Below are positions 9,394 through 18,741 of a stretch of 64,000 nucleotides of DNA, in pieces (positions within the stretch are counted from its first letter, which is position 1; each line of letters begins with the position of its first letter). Where the stretch lies: the NCBI GenBank assembly GCA_964499705.1, contig CAZCME010000005.1, forward strand, positions 62,001-126,000. The letters run 5' to 3'. Below the pieces are notes generated by a model, which had not been told where the DNA came from, did no database searches, and saw only the letters and a list, made by a program, of their open reading frames with translations. This stretch comes from an uncultured bacterium (GTDB taxonomy: Bacteria; UBA8481). Both the position numbers and the translations under genes were made by a program.

Positions 9394-10433
9394 AATGCGG
9401 GCGCGTCCACAAGACTCGCGTTCGAGCTCGACAGCGAAGCCAGCCTCTTCAATTCTTCCACGTAGTCCTCGCCCACGCCCAGTTCCTCCGCGGCCCAGTA
9501 CAGGATCACCGGATCCTTTCCCGCGTTGATCTTGCATTTTTCGACGGCCATGACCACCTTCCGCTCGAGAAAGACGCGCTGCTGCTCCACCGCTTCCACG
9601 GCCGTATGCATAACGATCGTCCGGAGCGTCATGACGCGTGCGTCGAGCGGGATGACTTTTTCAAGCCGATGGATCTGGTTCTGAACGAGTATGCCGGAGA
9701 TGGATTCGTATTCGCCCAGGAGATCGAGCATCTCGGCCGTCACCGTCGCGCGTTCGCGCACCGCTTTCAGATCGTGTTCGCCCGTGACAAGCGTGAAGCG
9801 ATTTTCGAGCGCCTCCAGGCGGAGCGCAATCCCCTCGTCCATCCAGGGCTTGGACATCAGTTCCTTCTGATACTCCGTGAGGACTCCGTACTCATCCGCG
9901 ACCTTCTTGAGAATCCGGGGATCATCGGTCTCATTATACATCGCCAGAGCATCGTCCAGCCTCTGGCGGATGTTCTTCCTCATTCCCGAATCCACGACCT
10001 TCTTCTTGCCGATGTGCACCAGCTCGTGCTCCACCATCACTTCCTGAAGGGCCAGCCGGCGCGCGAGCGCGGCATTTGTGGCGTATGTCCGGGCTTTCTT
10101 TCTCGCGATTTCATAACGGAGCATGATCGCCATGTCGATCTTCTCCATGGCGTCGGGCAGGCGCTGCGAAAGCGATTTAAGGTCGAGGGAAACGACGAGC
10201 AGTTCGGCGTGTGTAGCGGCGACAACGGTGGCGGCGCGGGGACGGCGCGTGAACGCGGCCAGTTCTCCGATCACGTCACCGTGGCTCGTCACGCGGCCCA
10301 GCTCGGAGCGACCGCGCCAGACGGTCAGTTCGCCTTTGAGGAGGATGAATATTTCGGAACTGGATTCACCCTCGATGATGATCCGCTCACCGGGCGAGAA
10401 ACGGCGGATGAACTTATCGCCGGGCGTCTCCAG
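9390..10433 (-). CDS. Cyclic nucleotide-binding domain protein (paralogue A), probable CTG start
   Basis: The frame continues upstream of the ORF call as FSPGERIIIEGESSSEIFILLKGEL, then GDVIGELAAFTRRPRAATV. The only start-like codon after the tatA stop is CTG 10433, with GGAG 7 nt upstream. Confidence 0.8.
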   Translation of the reverse strand: METPGDKFIRRFSPGERIIIEGESSSEIFILLKGELTVWRGRSELGRVTSHGDVIGELAAFTRRPRAATVVAATHAELLVVSLDLKSLSQRLPDAMEKIDMAIMLRYEIARKKARTYATNAALARRLALQEVMVEHELVHIGKKKVVDSGMRKNIRQRLDDALAMYNETDDPRILKKVADEYGVLTEYQKELMSKPWMDEGIALRLEALENRFTLVTGEHDLKAVRERATVTAEMLDLLGEYESISGILVQNQIHRLEKVIPLDARVMTLRTIVMHTAVEAVEQQRVFLERKVVMAVEKCKINAGKDPVILYWAAEELGVGEDYVEELKRLASLSSSNASLVDAPAL

Positions 10434-10434
10434 G

Positions 10435-10617
10435 TCAGTTCTCCGTGTGATCCGACCGCTTCTGCTCCCCTGCCGCGGTTTCCCCGTCCTTCAGCCCCTT
10501 CTTGAATTCACCCACTCCCGATCCCAGCGAGCGAAAAATCTCCGGAACGCGCTTGGCGCCGAAGAGCAGGAGGACGATGAGCACGATGAGGATCAGTTCC
10601 TGCCAGCCGAGGTTCAT
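10435..10617 (-). CDS. tatA: Twin-arginine translocase TatA/E
   Basis: LGWQELILIVLIVLLLFGAKRVPEIFRSLGSGVGEFKKG. Confidence 0.95.
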   Translation of the reverse strand: MNLGWQELILIVLIVLLLFGAKRVPEIFRSLGSGVGEFKKGLKDGETAAGEQKRSDHTEN

Positions 10618-10658
10618 ATGTGTATTTTTTTACATTTCCTCCGGAGTGGCAAGAACTT

Positions 10659-11612
10659 TCAGGGGCTCAGGCGGGAAATTGAGTCCATGACCGCCTGCAC
10701 CGATATCGACGAGAGGCACCAGCGGTCCGGAAATCGGCAGGGCGTCTGGACTCCGAGACCGCAGGCGCATTCCGCCGACACGACCTCGGACCGCGGTGAG
10801 AACGGCCGCCAGCGGCGTGGATCGGACGGACCGAAAATTCCGACCACGTTGCAACCTGCCGCCGCCGCGTAATGCATGGGTCCTGAATCGTTGCCGACAA
10901 ACAGGTCGAACGCGCCCAGGACAGACGCGAGTTCCTCGACCCTGACATTCCTGATCTGATTCAGTCCACCCAGTTCCGGGGCGACGGCTTCGTCCGGACC
11001 TACGAGAAGCGAGACATTCCATCCTCGCTTCTGCAGGAGGTCGGCCACTTCACGGAAACGTGCGGCCGGCCAGAGTTTATGCGCGAAGCGCCCTCCCGCG
11101 TGCAGGATCGCGGCGCGTTCGCCGGAGCGATAGCGTTCCCGGATCGCCGCATCTATGGCCAGACGAGGTATCGGAGGCTCCGCGCTCGCAAGTCCCAGTT
11201 CGCCGAGGATGTTCATGTTCACGGCCACGGTGTGATCCGAAGGATCTCCAACGGACGCGACACGATCATAATATCGCGCCGCCCGCCGTCGCTCGAAACC
11301 GACGACCGGCCCGCGACTCGATATTTTCGCCAGAAGAGCCGATGTGATGGATCCGAAGAGGTCGACGGCCAGATCGTATTTCCGCGCGATCCGGGCGGCG
11401 AGTGACGCGCGAGCCGGCCAGCTTCGAGGCCGGATGATCTCCGCCCGCACCGCGTTACATCCCCGCGTGGCTCCGCGGAACGCTTCGTCGACCAGGTAAT
11501 CGATCTCCACATCGGGCCGTTGCTTCCTGATCTCCGTCGCGACCACCGTCGAGAGCAGGATATCCCCGAGAGATCGGAAGCGCACGAGGAGGATCCGCGC
11601 GCCGGGGATCAG
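10659..11612 (-). CDS. Glycosyltransferase family 9 (ADP-heptose:LPS heptosyltransferase-like); start uncertain
   Basis: (RILLV)RFRSLGD, KLWP and FVGNDSGPMHYAAAAG...IFGPSDPRRWRP. The conserved first strand lies upstream of GTG 11585. Confidence 0.88.
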   Translation of the reverse strand: MIPGARILLVRFRSLGDILLSTVVATEIRKQRPDVEIDYLVDEAFRGATRGCNAVRAEIIRPRSWPARASLAARIARKYDLAVDLFGSITSALLAKISSRGPVVGFERRRAARYYDRVASVGDPSDHTVAVNMNILGELGLASAEPPIPRLAIDAAIRERYRSGERAAILHAGGRFAHKLWPAARFREVADLLQKRGWNVSLLVGPDEAVAPELGGLNQIRNVRVEELASVLGAFDLFVGNDSGPMHYAAAAGCNVVGIFGPSDPRRWRPFSPRSEVVSAECACGLGVQTPCRFPDRWCLSSISVQAVMDSISRLSP

Positions 11613-11625
11613 CAGTTCCGCGCGA

Positions 11626-13815
11626 TCAGAGATAATTCGTCCGGATCCATTTCGCGCGCTCGCCGGCTTCCGCCGCGTGAACGCTCCCGGGAAATCGTGT
11701 CACAAGTTCGTTATAGAATTTCACGGCGTCGCCAAACCGTCTCATCTCCAGGTTGCGGTCGAAGAGACGCGCCATGTCGATGAGCGACTCTTCCGCGGAC
11801 GAGGACATCGGAGCCAGCCCGATGACGGACTGGTATTCCTCCACTGCTCGCTCATACGCCTGCCGGATCTCCGCCTTGTCCGCTTTCGCCAGGAGCCGAG
11901 CATCGCCGAGATCGCGATAGTATCGCGCGATACCGAGCTTGGCGGCAGGCGAGGCGGACGTGTCGCTGGTGCCGACGAAGGCACGGAGATATTCCACAAC
12001 GACGGCGGGAGAATCCTGCGGAATTCCTCCCTTCTGAAATTGCGCGCTCACCTGTCCATGCAGCGATTCGGCGATGGCCAGTTGCGTCGCGTTGACGTGG
12101 GAAGCCTTCGGCGAATTTTTCAGCACATCGCGGAACATCCCGACGGCCTTCGAATAGTCGGTGATCGCGGCATCGATCGCCTGGATCGCGGCGCCGGTCC
12201 GCCTGAGATCGCGCTGGCGCAGCGCCTCCACGATCGACTGCTCCGCGCGCTTCTTGTAGGCCTGGCCCATGTTGAGCATGGCCGCGTCGCGGAGAGTCGT
12301 CTTGGGAAATTCCACGAGAAGTCGCATGAACTGGTCGATCGCGTCGCCATACAGGCCGCGCGCCAGGAGATCGGCGGCAAGGGAAAAGATGGCCAGCTCG
12401 CCGGGACGCGCCACGGCGGTCGCGAGGATGGACGTGTCGATCTTCATCGTCGATCCTCGCGGAACGACGCGTTCCATGACCGTCGCGGGAATCGGCACGC
12501 GGCCGGAATTAAGATCTCCGCCCGCCTGGTCCTGGAATCGCCCGGCGGCAGGCAGCGGTGTGTCCGTGACCATCCGGGCCGTGGCGCTGGCGATGACCGG
12601 CGGCGCGGACGTCGCACGAGGTGGACTTGCCGCGGGCTGCGTCGGCGCCGGGGCGTTCGGCCGCGCCGCCTGATTCGAAGGCGGAGTGGTGAGAACCAGC
12701 GTCGGAGCGGGTTCCGCGATGGGCGGAGGTTCCACGAAGGGAACTTCCTCGACTTCGGCTTCCTCCTCGACGCGAGCAGCGGCACGCGGGGGCGAAGCAA
12801 AGCTCGTGGCGGCGGCCTCGATCGTTCTCAGCGGAAAGCGGATGTCGAGGTTGGTGGCGGGCTGAGTGTTAACGGGATAGGCGGAGGGCGTGGACTGTGA
12901 CGCCGGAGGACGCACCGCGGTTGTGACAGGCTGCGCGGAAACGGGTGCGGCTTCCGCCTGCATCGCGCGCTGCGCGATCGTGGGGCGGATCACCAGTTCA
13001 AGCGGGCCCAACCTTGACCGGTCGAACCGGAGCCTTCGCTCTCGCGTATCGCCGGCCATGACGACAAGCACGGGATCGCTCCACCACGCCACGATGCCGG
13101 TGTCTCCTCCCCGGAGAACCGGCGAATCTTCCAGCTTGATGTAGGCTCGCTCACCCGCGACGACCGGAATCTGACGATATTCCGTCCATCCCTGGGCACG
13201 CGCGGGAGACGTCACGGCCAGGAGGAGAAGAAGAGCCGGAGACAGAAAACCACAGCGGGACAACAGATCTCTGACGAGCCGGATCGGCAGTCCCACGACT
13301 GTCTGGGGATCGCCCATCACGCTCGCCACGAGGTTTCTCCCCCGCTCCTGGTAGCCATAAGCCCCCGCCTTGTCATCGCCTTCGCCTGTCTCCACATACT
13401 CCTCAATCTTTTCGGCAGAAAGCGGATGGAATATTACCTCCGCCGTGTCGACTCCGGAGGCGTGCCGACCGTTCGCGCGGACGGCCACGGCGGTATGAAC
13501 GCGGTGCAGGGAGCCCGAGAGCGCGGAAATCATGCGTCTGGCGTCGGCGCGATCCCGGGGGCGGCCGAGGATCTCGCCATCCGGAGCCTCCACGAGCGTG
13601 TCGGACGCGATGACGCAGCGCGCAGGAAAACGGGGCGCCACGGAGTCGGCCTTTCTTTCCGCGAGCGCGAGAGCCACATCCCGCACATTCAGAAAATCCC
13701 CGCGCCGAAACGATTCATCGGCATGCGGAGGAACGACATCGAACTGAAAACCAGCCTCGGTCATGAGATCACGGCGCCGCGGCGAGGTCGAGGCGAGGAT
13801 GATCGTCTCACTCAT
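11626..13815 (-). CDS. maf: Maf-family nucleotide pyrophosphatase fused in frame to a signal-peptide-like segment, a Pro/Ala linker and TPR repeats
   Basis: ILASTSPRRRDL, IASDTLV, DKAGAYG and VVGLP; then LLLLLAVTSPARA-Q and helical repeats (AIDQFMRLLVEFP, AVKFYNELVTRFPGS). ATG 13815 overlaps the nadB 3' end. Confidence 0.8.
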   Translation of the reverse strand: MSETIILASTSPRRRDLMTEAGFQFDVVPPHADESFRRGDFLNVRDVALALAERKADSVAPRFPARCVIASDTLVEAPDGEILGRPRDRADARRMISALSGSLHRVHTAVAVRANGRHASGVDTAEVIFHPLSAEKIEEYVETGEGDDKAGAYGYQERGRNLVASVMGDPQTVVGLPIRLVRDLLSRCGFLSPALLLLLAVTSPARAQGWTEYRQIPVVAGERAYIKLEDSPVLRGGDTGIVAWWSDPVLVVMAGDTRERRLRFDRSRLGPLELVIRPTIAQRAMQAEAAPVSAQPVTTAVRPPASQSTPSAYPVNTQPATNLDIRFPLRTIEAAATSFASPPRAAARVEEEAEVEEVPFVEPPPIAEPAPTLVLTTPPSNQAARPNAPAPTQPAASPPRATSAPPVIASATARMVTDTPLPAAGRFQDQAGGDLNSGRVPIPATVMERVVPRGSTMKIDTSILATAVARPGELAIFSLAADLLARGLYGDAIDQFMRLLVEFPKTTLRDAAMLNMGQAYKKRAEQSIVEALRQRDLRRTGAAIQAIDAAITDYSKAVGMFRDVLKNSPKASHVNATQLAIAESLHGQVSAQFQKGGIPQDSPAVVVEYLRAFVGTSDTSASPAAKLGIARYYRDLGDARLLAKADKAEIRQAYERAVEEYQSVIGLAPMSSSAEESLIDMARLFDRNLEMRRFGDAVKFYNELVTRFPGSVHAAEAGERAKWIRTNYL

Positions 13816-15403
13816 CCCGAAGGAGCGGACCGGGATTGGGATTGAGAAAATCGGTGTGCGCCAGGATGGCGGAATCGGCCGCGGGCTGCGATGCGGCCGT
13901 CTCGCCCGGCGGACCGTCCTCGATGCAGTGAAGCCCGCGCGATTCCTTCCGCGAAAGCGCCGCGCGCGTGATGAGAAGACAGCACTGCGCCATGTTCGCG
14001 AGCTCCACGAGCTCGCGATCGGGTTTGAACGATCGGAGCAGGCGGCGGACACCCGTCTCGATCATGGTGATTTCAAGGAGCGCCGTCTTCAGTCCATCCG
14101 TCTTGCGGAAGACGCCGAGGTGTTGCGACATGACGCCCCGCAACCTGTCCGAATACATCTGCGTAAGACCGCATTGGACCTTCGACGCCGTCGACTTGCT
14201 CCGCTCCTCGAATACGGGCGGCCGATCGGGTTCTTCCGCGGCGGCGGCGGCACCGCGCCTGGAGAAGACCAGAGCCTCGAGAAGGGAATTCGAAGCGAGC
14301 CGGTTGGCTCCATGAAGCCCGTGGCTCGCCGTTTCGCCGATCGAGTACAGCCCGGGAATCGTGGTGCGCGCATGCTGGTCGGTCACGAGTCCGCCGCAGG
14401 AATAATGAGCCGCGGGCACGACGGGGATCGGGGTCTTGTCGATCGCGATGCCATGCAGGAGGCACGTGGCGTTAATGGTGGGGAACCTCTTCTTCAGGAA
14501 TTCCGCGCCGAGATGTTCGAGGTGCAGCAGCACATGAGGATGCCCGCGCTTTTTCATCTCGCGGTCGATCGCGCGAGCCACGACATCGCGGGGGGCGAGA
14601 TCCAACATCTTCGGATCGTATTCCTTCATGAAGCGATCGCCGTCGATCGTCGTGAGGTATGCGCCTTCGCCGCGAACGGCCTCGGAGATAAGGAAGGAGC
14701 TAGCGCCAGGGCGAGCGAGTGCGGTCGGATGGAACTGGATGAACTCCAGGTCGCGCAGCAGCGCGCCCGCGCGATAGCCGATCGCGACGCCGTCACCCGT
14801 GGCGATCTCCGGATTCGTCGTGTATTTGAAAATGCGGCCGAGGCCGCCCGTGGAAAGACAGACGAGCGAAGCGGGAATGTGCCGGATCGTGCCGTCGGGG
14901 TCGATCACGGTGACACCCGCGATTCTCCCATCCTGCACGATGAGATCCATGACCACGTGGAACGGGCGGATCTCGATGTTCGGATGGGCTTCCGCGGCGG
15001 ACAGCAGGACGCGCTCGATCTCGCGACCCGTCGCATCCGCGCTGTGGACGACGCGATTGCGGGAGTGACCGCCTTCCCGGCCCAGCGCGAGCGAACCCGC
15101 GCGCGATTCCTCGAACGCCGCGCCCATCGCCACAAGCTCCTTCACGAGTGCCGGCCCCTCGGTCACGACAATGCGGACGACCTCCGGATCCGAAAGGCCG
15201 GCGCCCGTGGCCATCGTGTCGGCGACATGAAGCTCGATCGAATCATCCGCGCCGAGCGCCGCGGCGATGCCGCCCTGCGCGTAGTTCGTGTTCGACTCGA
15301 CGGCTTCCTTTTTCGTGATGAGCGTGACGGGGCGCGTGCGAGCGAGATAGAGCGAGAAACGGAGGCCGGAGATGCCCGAACCGATGACGATGGCAGGAGT
15401 CAT
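13808..15403 (-). CDS. nadB: L-aspartate oxidase
   Basis: GSGISG, SNTNYAQGGIA, REGGHS, QFHPT, LISEAVRGEG, HYSCGG and GLHGANRLASNSLLE. Confidence 0.96.
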   Translation of the reverse strand: MTPAIVIGSGISGLRFSLYLARTRPVTLITKKEAVESNTNYAQGGIAAALGADDSIELHVADTMATGAGLSDPEVVRIVVTEGPALVKELVAMGAAFEESRAGSLALGREGGHSRNRVVHSADATGREIERVLLSAAEAHPNIEIRPFHVVMDLIVQDGRIAGVTVIDPDGTIRHIPASLVCLSTGGLGRIFKYTTNPEIATGDGVAIGYRAGALLRDLEFIQFHPTALARPGASSFLISEAVRGEGAYLTTIDGDRFMKEYDPKMLDLAPRDVVARAIDREMKKRGHPHVLLHLEHLGAEFLKKRFPTINATCLLHGIAIDKTPIPVVPAAHYSCGGLVTDQHARTTIPGLYSIGETASHGLHGANRLASNSLLEALVFSRRGAAAAAEEPDRPPVFEERSKSTASKVQCGLTQMYSDRLRGVMSQHLGVFRKTDGLKTALLEITMIETGVRRLLRSFKPDRELVELANMAQCCLLITRAALSRKESRGLHCIEDGPPGETAASQPAADSAILAHTDFLNPNPGPLLRDE

Positions 15404-15407
15404 TTTC

Positions 15408-15484
15408 GAAGTATGAGGCAGGACGTATGAAGTATGAAGAGGAATATTTTTTCTTCATACTTCATACGTCCTGCTTCATACTTC
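15408..15484. repeat. 33-bp inverted repeat built from GTATGAA-like heptamers
   Basis: Arms 15408-15440 and 15452-15484 with one mismatch; fills the gap between divergent nadB and a HAD gene. Confidence 0.9.
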
Positions 15485-15491
15485 TCCCGCC

Positions 15492-16373
15492 ATGGCAAAA
15501 ATCCTCTTCGATTTCGACGGTGTGCTGACGGAGCAGTCCGAGGAAGCCGATCGCGTCCTGGAGATTTTTTGCGAGCGATTATCGGAGCGCGCCGGGCTTT
15601 CGAGTGACACGGCCGCCGGAGTGGTCGCCGAAGCGGAACGCGCTCTGAAGGGCGCACCGTGGAATTACGGATGGATGTCCCACGGGCGGGTGAGCGCCTT
15701 CGCGAACGAGGATCTCTTCATCCGCAATAACGGCATCGCGGCATGGCTGGATTCCGCCGCCGAATCGGGCCACCCGATGCTGGCATCGGCTCGGACGCGC
15801 CTGGAAGGCGGCGGCCACGGAAGTTTCACGAACCTCTGCCGGGAATCGTACGACACCATGGCCGGCGAGACGCGCGCCGGCGCGCGTCATCCCGTCGATC
15901 CCGATGCCGGTCCTCTTCTCCGGTCGCTGCTCGATGCCGGACATTACCTCGTCGTCGTGTCCAACTCCGGCACGTCGCGAATCCTCGCGTTGCTGCAGGA
16001 GGTCGGGGTCCCGGCATTGGAACACGCGGGCGACGGGAGCGGCGCGATGCGAATCCGGGGCGGAGCGCGCAAGTATGATCTCGACGAGACGTCATCCTGT
16101 TTCGAGGCCGGCCCCTATCGCATCGAAACGATCCGGCCGGTCTACGAGAAGATCCTCCGCGAGGAACGGCCCGATCTCGTGATCGGCGACGTCGTCACGC
16201 TCGACCTGGCCCTTCCGATCCGCCTCGCGCGCGAGAAGGTGATCCCATCCGCTCGTGTTCTGTTGCGGGTACGGGATTACACGCCGGAATGGAGCCGGAG
16301 CTTCATCGAAAGGGAGGTCGAAGGCGCGCGCGCGATCACGAAGCTGGAGGAAATACTTAGCCTTCTTCCGTAG
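15492..16373 (+). CDS. HAD-superfamily hydrolase
   Basis: Motif I FDFDGVLT, motif II VVSNS, motif IV IGDVVTLD. Confidence 0.8.
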   Translation: MAKILFDFDGVLTEQSEEADRVLEIFCERLSERAGLSSDTAAGVVAEAERALKGAPWNYGWMSHGRVSAFANEDLFIRNNGIAAWLDSAAESGHPMLASARTRLEGGGHGSFTNLCRESYDTMAGETRAGARHPVDPDAGPLLRSLLDAGHYLVVVSNSGTSRILALLQEVGVPALEHAGDGSGAMRIRGGARKYDLDETSSCFEAGPYRIETIRPVYEKILREERPDLVIGDVVTLDLALPIRLAREKVIPSARVLLRVRDYTPEWSRSFIEREVEGARAITKLEEILSLLP

Positions 16374-16404
16374 CGCGCCTCAACCTCTTAGGCTTCGTCC
16401 GAAA

Positions 16405-17364
16405 TTACCGCAGTGAGGAGATGGCGGAACAGAGTCCCTCGTGAAGAGCTTTCACATCCGCCGCGTTCCATGCGGACGGTTCTCCCCGGAGGAATGAAGT
16501 CTTATCGACGCGATTGTCGAATCGCGCCGTGGGAATATGAAACGTCCGGCCCCGGTTTTCGATCGTGACCGAGCCGGGCACGGACGATTGCTCCAGCAGC
16601 CACGCGATGTCGTCGCAGCCGTAATCCACACGCATGACGATCTCGGGCACGCCGTGATGGAGAATGGAGCCCTGCTCGTCCGGTTTCGACCTCGCCAGGT
16701 TCTTGCGGCGCGACTCCTCGGGTTCGACCCAGATATAGAGGACGGTGGCTTTCTCGAGGATCGCCGGCAGAAGTCGGGAGAGAGCAAACCGATAGCCGAC
16801 GGGATCCGGCAGAGGCATCGTCGCGTTCTCCGGGCCGCCGCGCGAAAACTCGATCACGAGCGTTTTCCCATCGAGCGAATCCGGGATCGCCGCGATCTTT
16901 TCTTCCGTGACGGCCCGGGCATCCTTCTCGATCGCCGCGATCAGGCGCTCAAGAACCGGACCGGCGATGCGATCCAGGAGCATCGTTGCTCCGGCTATTC
17001 CCGCCGCGGCGTCCATCCGATCGAGCATGGAACGGCCCGGTTGCGGCGGCAGGACACGACGGCGCGCGACGAGGTCGTCGTAATCCTCGTTGAGGAGCTC
17101 GATAAGCGTGCCCCAGTGGCGCGCGTCGATGAAGGGCCGGTCCGATGCGGCGAAATAGTGCCGGGCTTTCCCGAATTGTTCCAGCGCATCGTCCACGCAG
17201 CGCATCATGTGGACATAGGGGAAATCATCGAGCTGGACCGTCGGGCCCATCCGCAGATCCCGGGCGCGCGTCGCGGCGTCGACATGATCGATGTAGCGGC
17301 GAACCTCGGATTTACCGGAGGCGGGAAGGGCCAGCAGGAGGATGGTCTGGAGAGGCGGCTTCAC
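16405..17364 (-). CDS. Uncharacterised P-loop NTPase/kinase-like protein
   Basis: N-terminal ILLLALPASGKS (Walker A-like) and TLVIEFSRG. GTG 17364 overlaps the stop of the upstream membrane gene. Confidence 0.75.
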   Translation of the reverse strand: MKPPLQTILLLALPASGKSEVRRYIDHVDAATRARDLRMGPTVQLDDFPYVHMMRCVDDALEQFGKARHYFAASDRPFIDARHWGTLIELLNEDYDDLVARRRVLPPQPGRSMLDRMDAAAGIAGATMLLDRIAGPVLERLIAAIEKDARAVTEEKIAAIPDSLDGKTLVIEFSRGGPENATMPLPDPVGYRFALSRLLPAILEKATVLYIWVEPEESRRKNLARSKPDEQGSILHHGVPEIVMRVDYGCDDIAWLLEQSSVPGSVTIENRGRTFHIPTARFDNRVDKTSFLRGEPSAWNAADVKALHEGLCSAISSLR

Positions 17365-18560
17365 GCCTTCGCGCCCGTGGCGGATTGCTCGGGAATTTCG
17401 TGCGCGGCGACAAGCTCCGCGGCGCGGCGACGTTCCGCGCGGGTCAGGAATCCGACGGCGACGAGAATAAAGCCGAAGGAGACCCAGTCCTCGGGCCTCG
17501 GGAATCTCATGCTGAAGATGTAGAAAAGGAGAACCGTGGAGGCGGTGCCGGCCATGAGCGACGTGAGTCGATTGACGAGGCCGGCGAAAGTCGCGGTGCG
17601 TCCCTTGAACATGAAGATGAAGACGGAGAAGAAGGCGACGAGCCCGTAAGCCGTCCCGGCGAGGATGGCTCCCAGCCACTTCGCGTTGGGATGAAGGATC
17701 GCGCCGCGAAAGATCCGGACCGTCTCGGGTTCCCTGCCGAGGATCTCCGGCAGGAGGAAAAAGGCGACCGCGGCCAGGACGATCGTGACGGAGGCGGCGA
17801 TCTGCTCGACGCCGAAGAATCCGCAGTTATCCAGGGGGACTCCCTTGCCGCGCGTATTTTTATAGAAGTTCATGATGTAGATACGGAACATGTACGAGAG
17901 GATATAGAAGGCGAGGACCATCAGCGCTGCGATCGTCCAACCGCCGCCGGTGCCGCTGCCGCCCTGCCAGCCCATCCACCAGTGGATTCCCGCGAGGTTG
18001 AACTCGAGGAACGGTTTCACTTCCGCGCCAGGCGCGCCCCCGTGCATGAAGATCTGGGTCGCGACGGCCAGGAGCGCGACCACGACCGAGAGATCCTCTT
18101 CCAGGTAAACCCGCTTCTTCAAGATCCCCTGGCTGATCTGGATCGCGTCCACGGCGCGGCTGATGACGATGACGCTGGCGCGGGTGATCACCATCGCGAC
18201 CATGACGGACGGAAGGAGCATGTAGTTGAGCGTCGTCGTGACGATGACGACCGCGGTGAAGATTCCGGAGGGAATGATGTAGTAGAACTCACCCGGGAAC
18301 TGGATTCCCCAGCGCGTCACGAGCCCGTTCGACTTGATCCGGTACCAGCCCTTGAGGAAAACCCAGGCCAGGCAGATGAGAGAACCTCCCGTGGTGCTGT
18401 AGACGAGAAATTCCATGTCCTGCATGGCAGGAAAGCCCTTGGAAGCCGCGCCCGTGAAGTATTTTACGGTGATGCCGGTGATGACGTAGAAGAAGAAGTA
18501 GCCCAGGCTCAACTGCATGAGCCTGCCGGTGCTGCCTTCCGCTGTCTTCAAATTCAGCAT
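17361..18560 (-). CDS. Uncharacterised polytopic membrane protein (about 10 TM, DMT-like transporter candidate)
   Basis: ATG 18560 with GGGAG upstream; repeated hydrophobic segments; host-like codon usage. Confidence 0.75.
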   Translation of the reverse strand: MLNLKTAEGSTGRLMQLSLGYFFFYVITGITVKYFTGAASKGFPAMQDMEFLVYSTTGGSLICLAWVFLKGWYRIKSNGLVTRWGIQFPGEFYYIIPSGIFTAVVIVTTTLNYMLLPSVMVAMVITRASVIVISRAVDAIQISQGILKKRVYLEEDLSVVVALLAVATQIFMHGGAPGAEVKPFLEFNLAGIHWWMGWQGGSGTGGGWTIAALMVLAFYILSYMFRIYIMNFYKNTRGKGVPLDNCGFFGVEQIAASVTIVLAAVAFFLLPEILGREPETVRIFRGAILHPNAKWLGAILAGTAYGLVAFFSVFIFMFKGRTATFAGLVNRLTSLMAGTASTVLLFYIFSMRFPRPEDWVSFGFILVAVGFLTRAERRRAAELVAAHEIPEQSATGAKA

Positions 18561-18741
18561 TCGATAACGGCTCCCGTTTCCCCTGAATTCAAGTTCTCCG
18601 CGCTGATGCGCGTCCTCTGCTTGTCCGGCTTCACCGCCGAGCAATTTCGCCGGCGGCAATAGAAACGCTCGATGGATCCGTCAATGGGTTGGTGGTTCAT
18701 CAAGCGGAATATATTAATCCAAGATAAAGCTCCCCGCAAGT

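Noticed and set aside
13816-14052. N-terminal extensions in the ORF track (808-aa Maf; also 16405-17679, 28646-29974, 46566-48497, 60329-61684, 41743-43455)
   Set aside because: The extensions overlap neighbouring genes or regulatory DNA, and downstream starts fit the domain boundaries and stop/start overlaps better.
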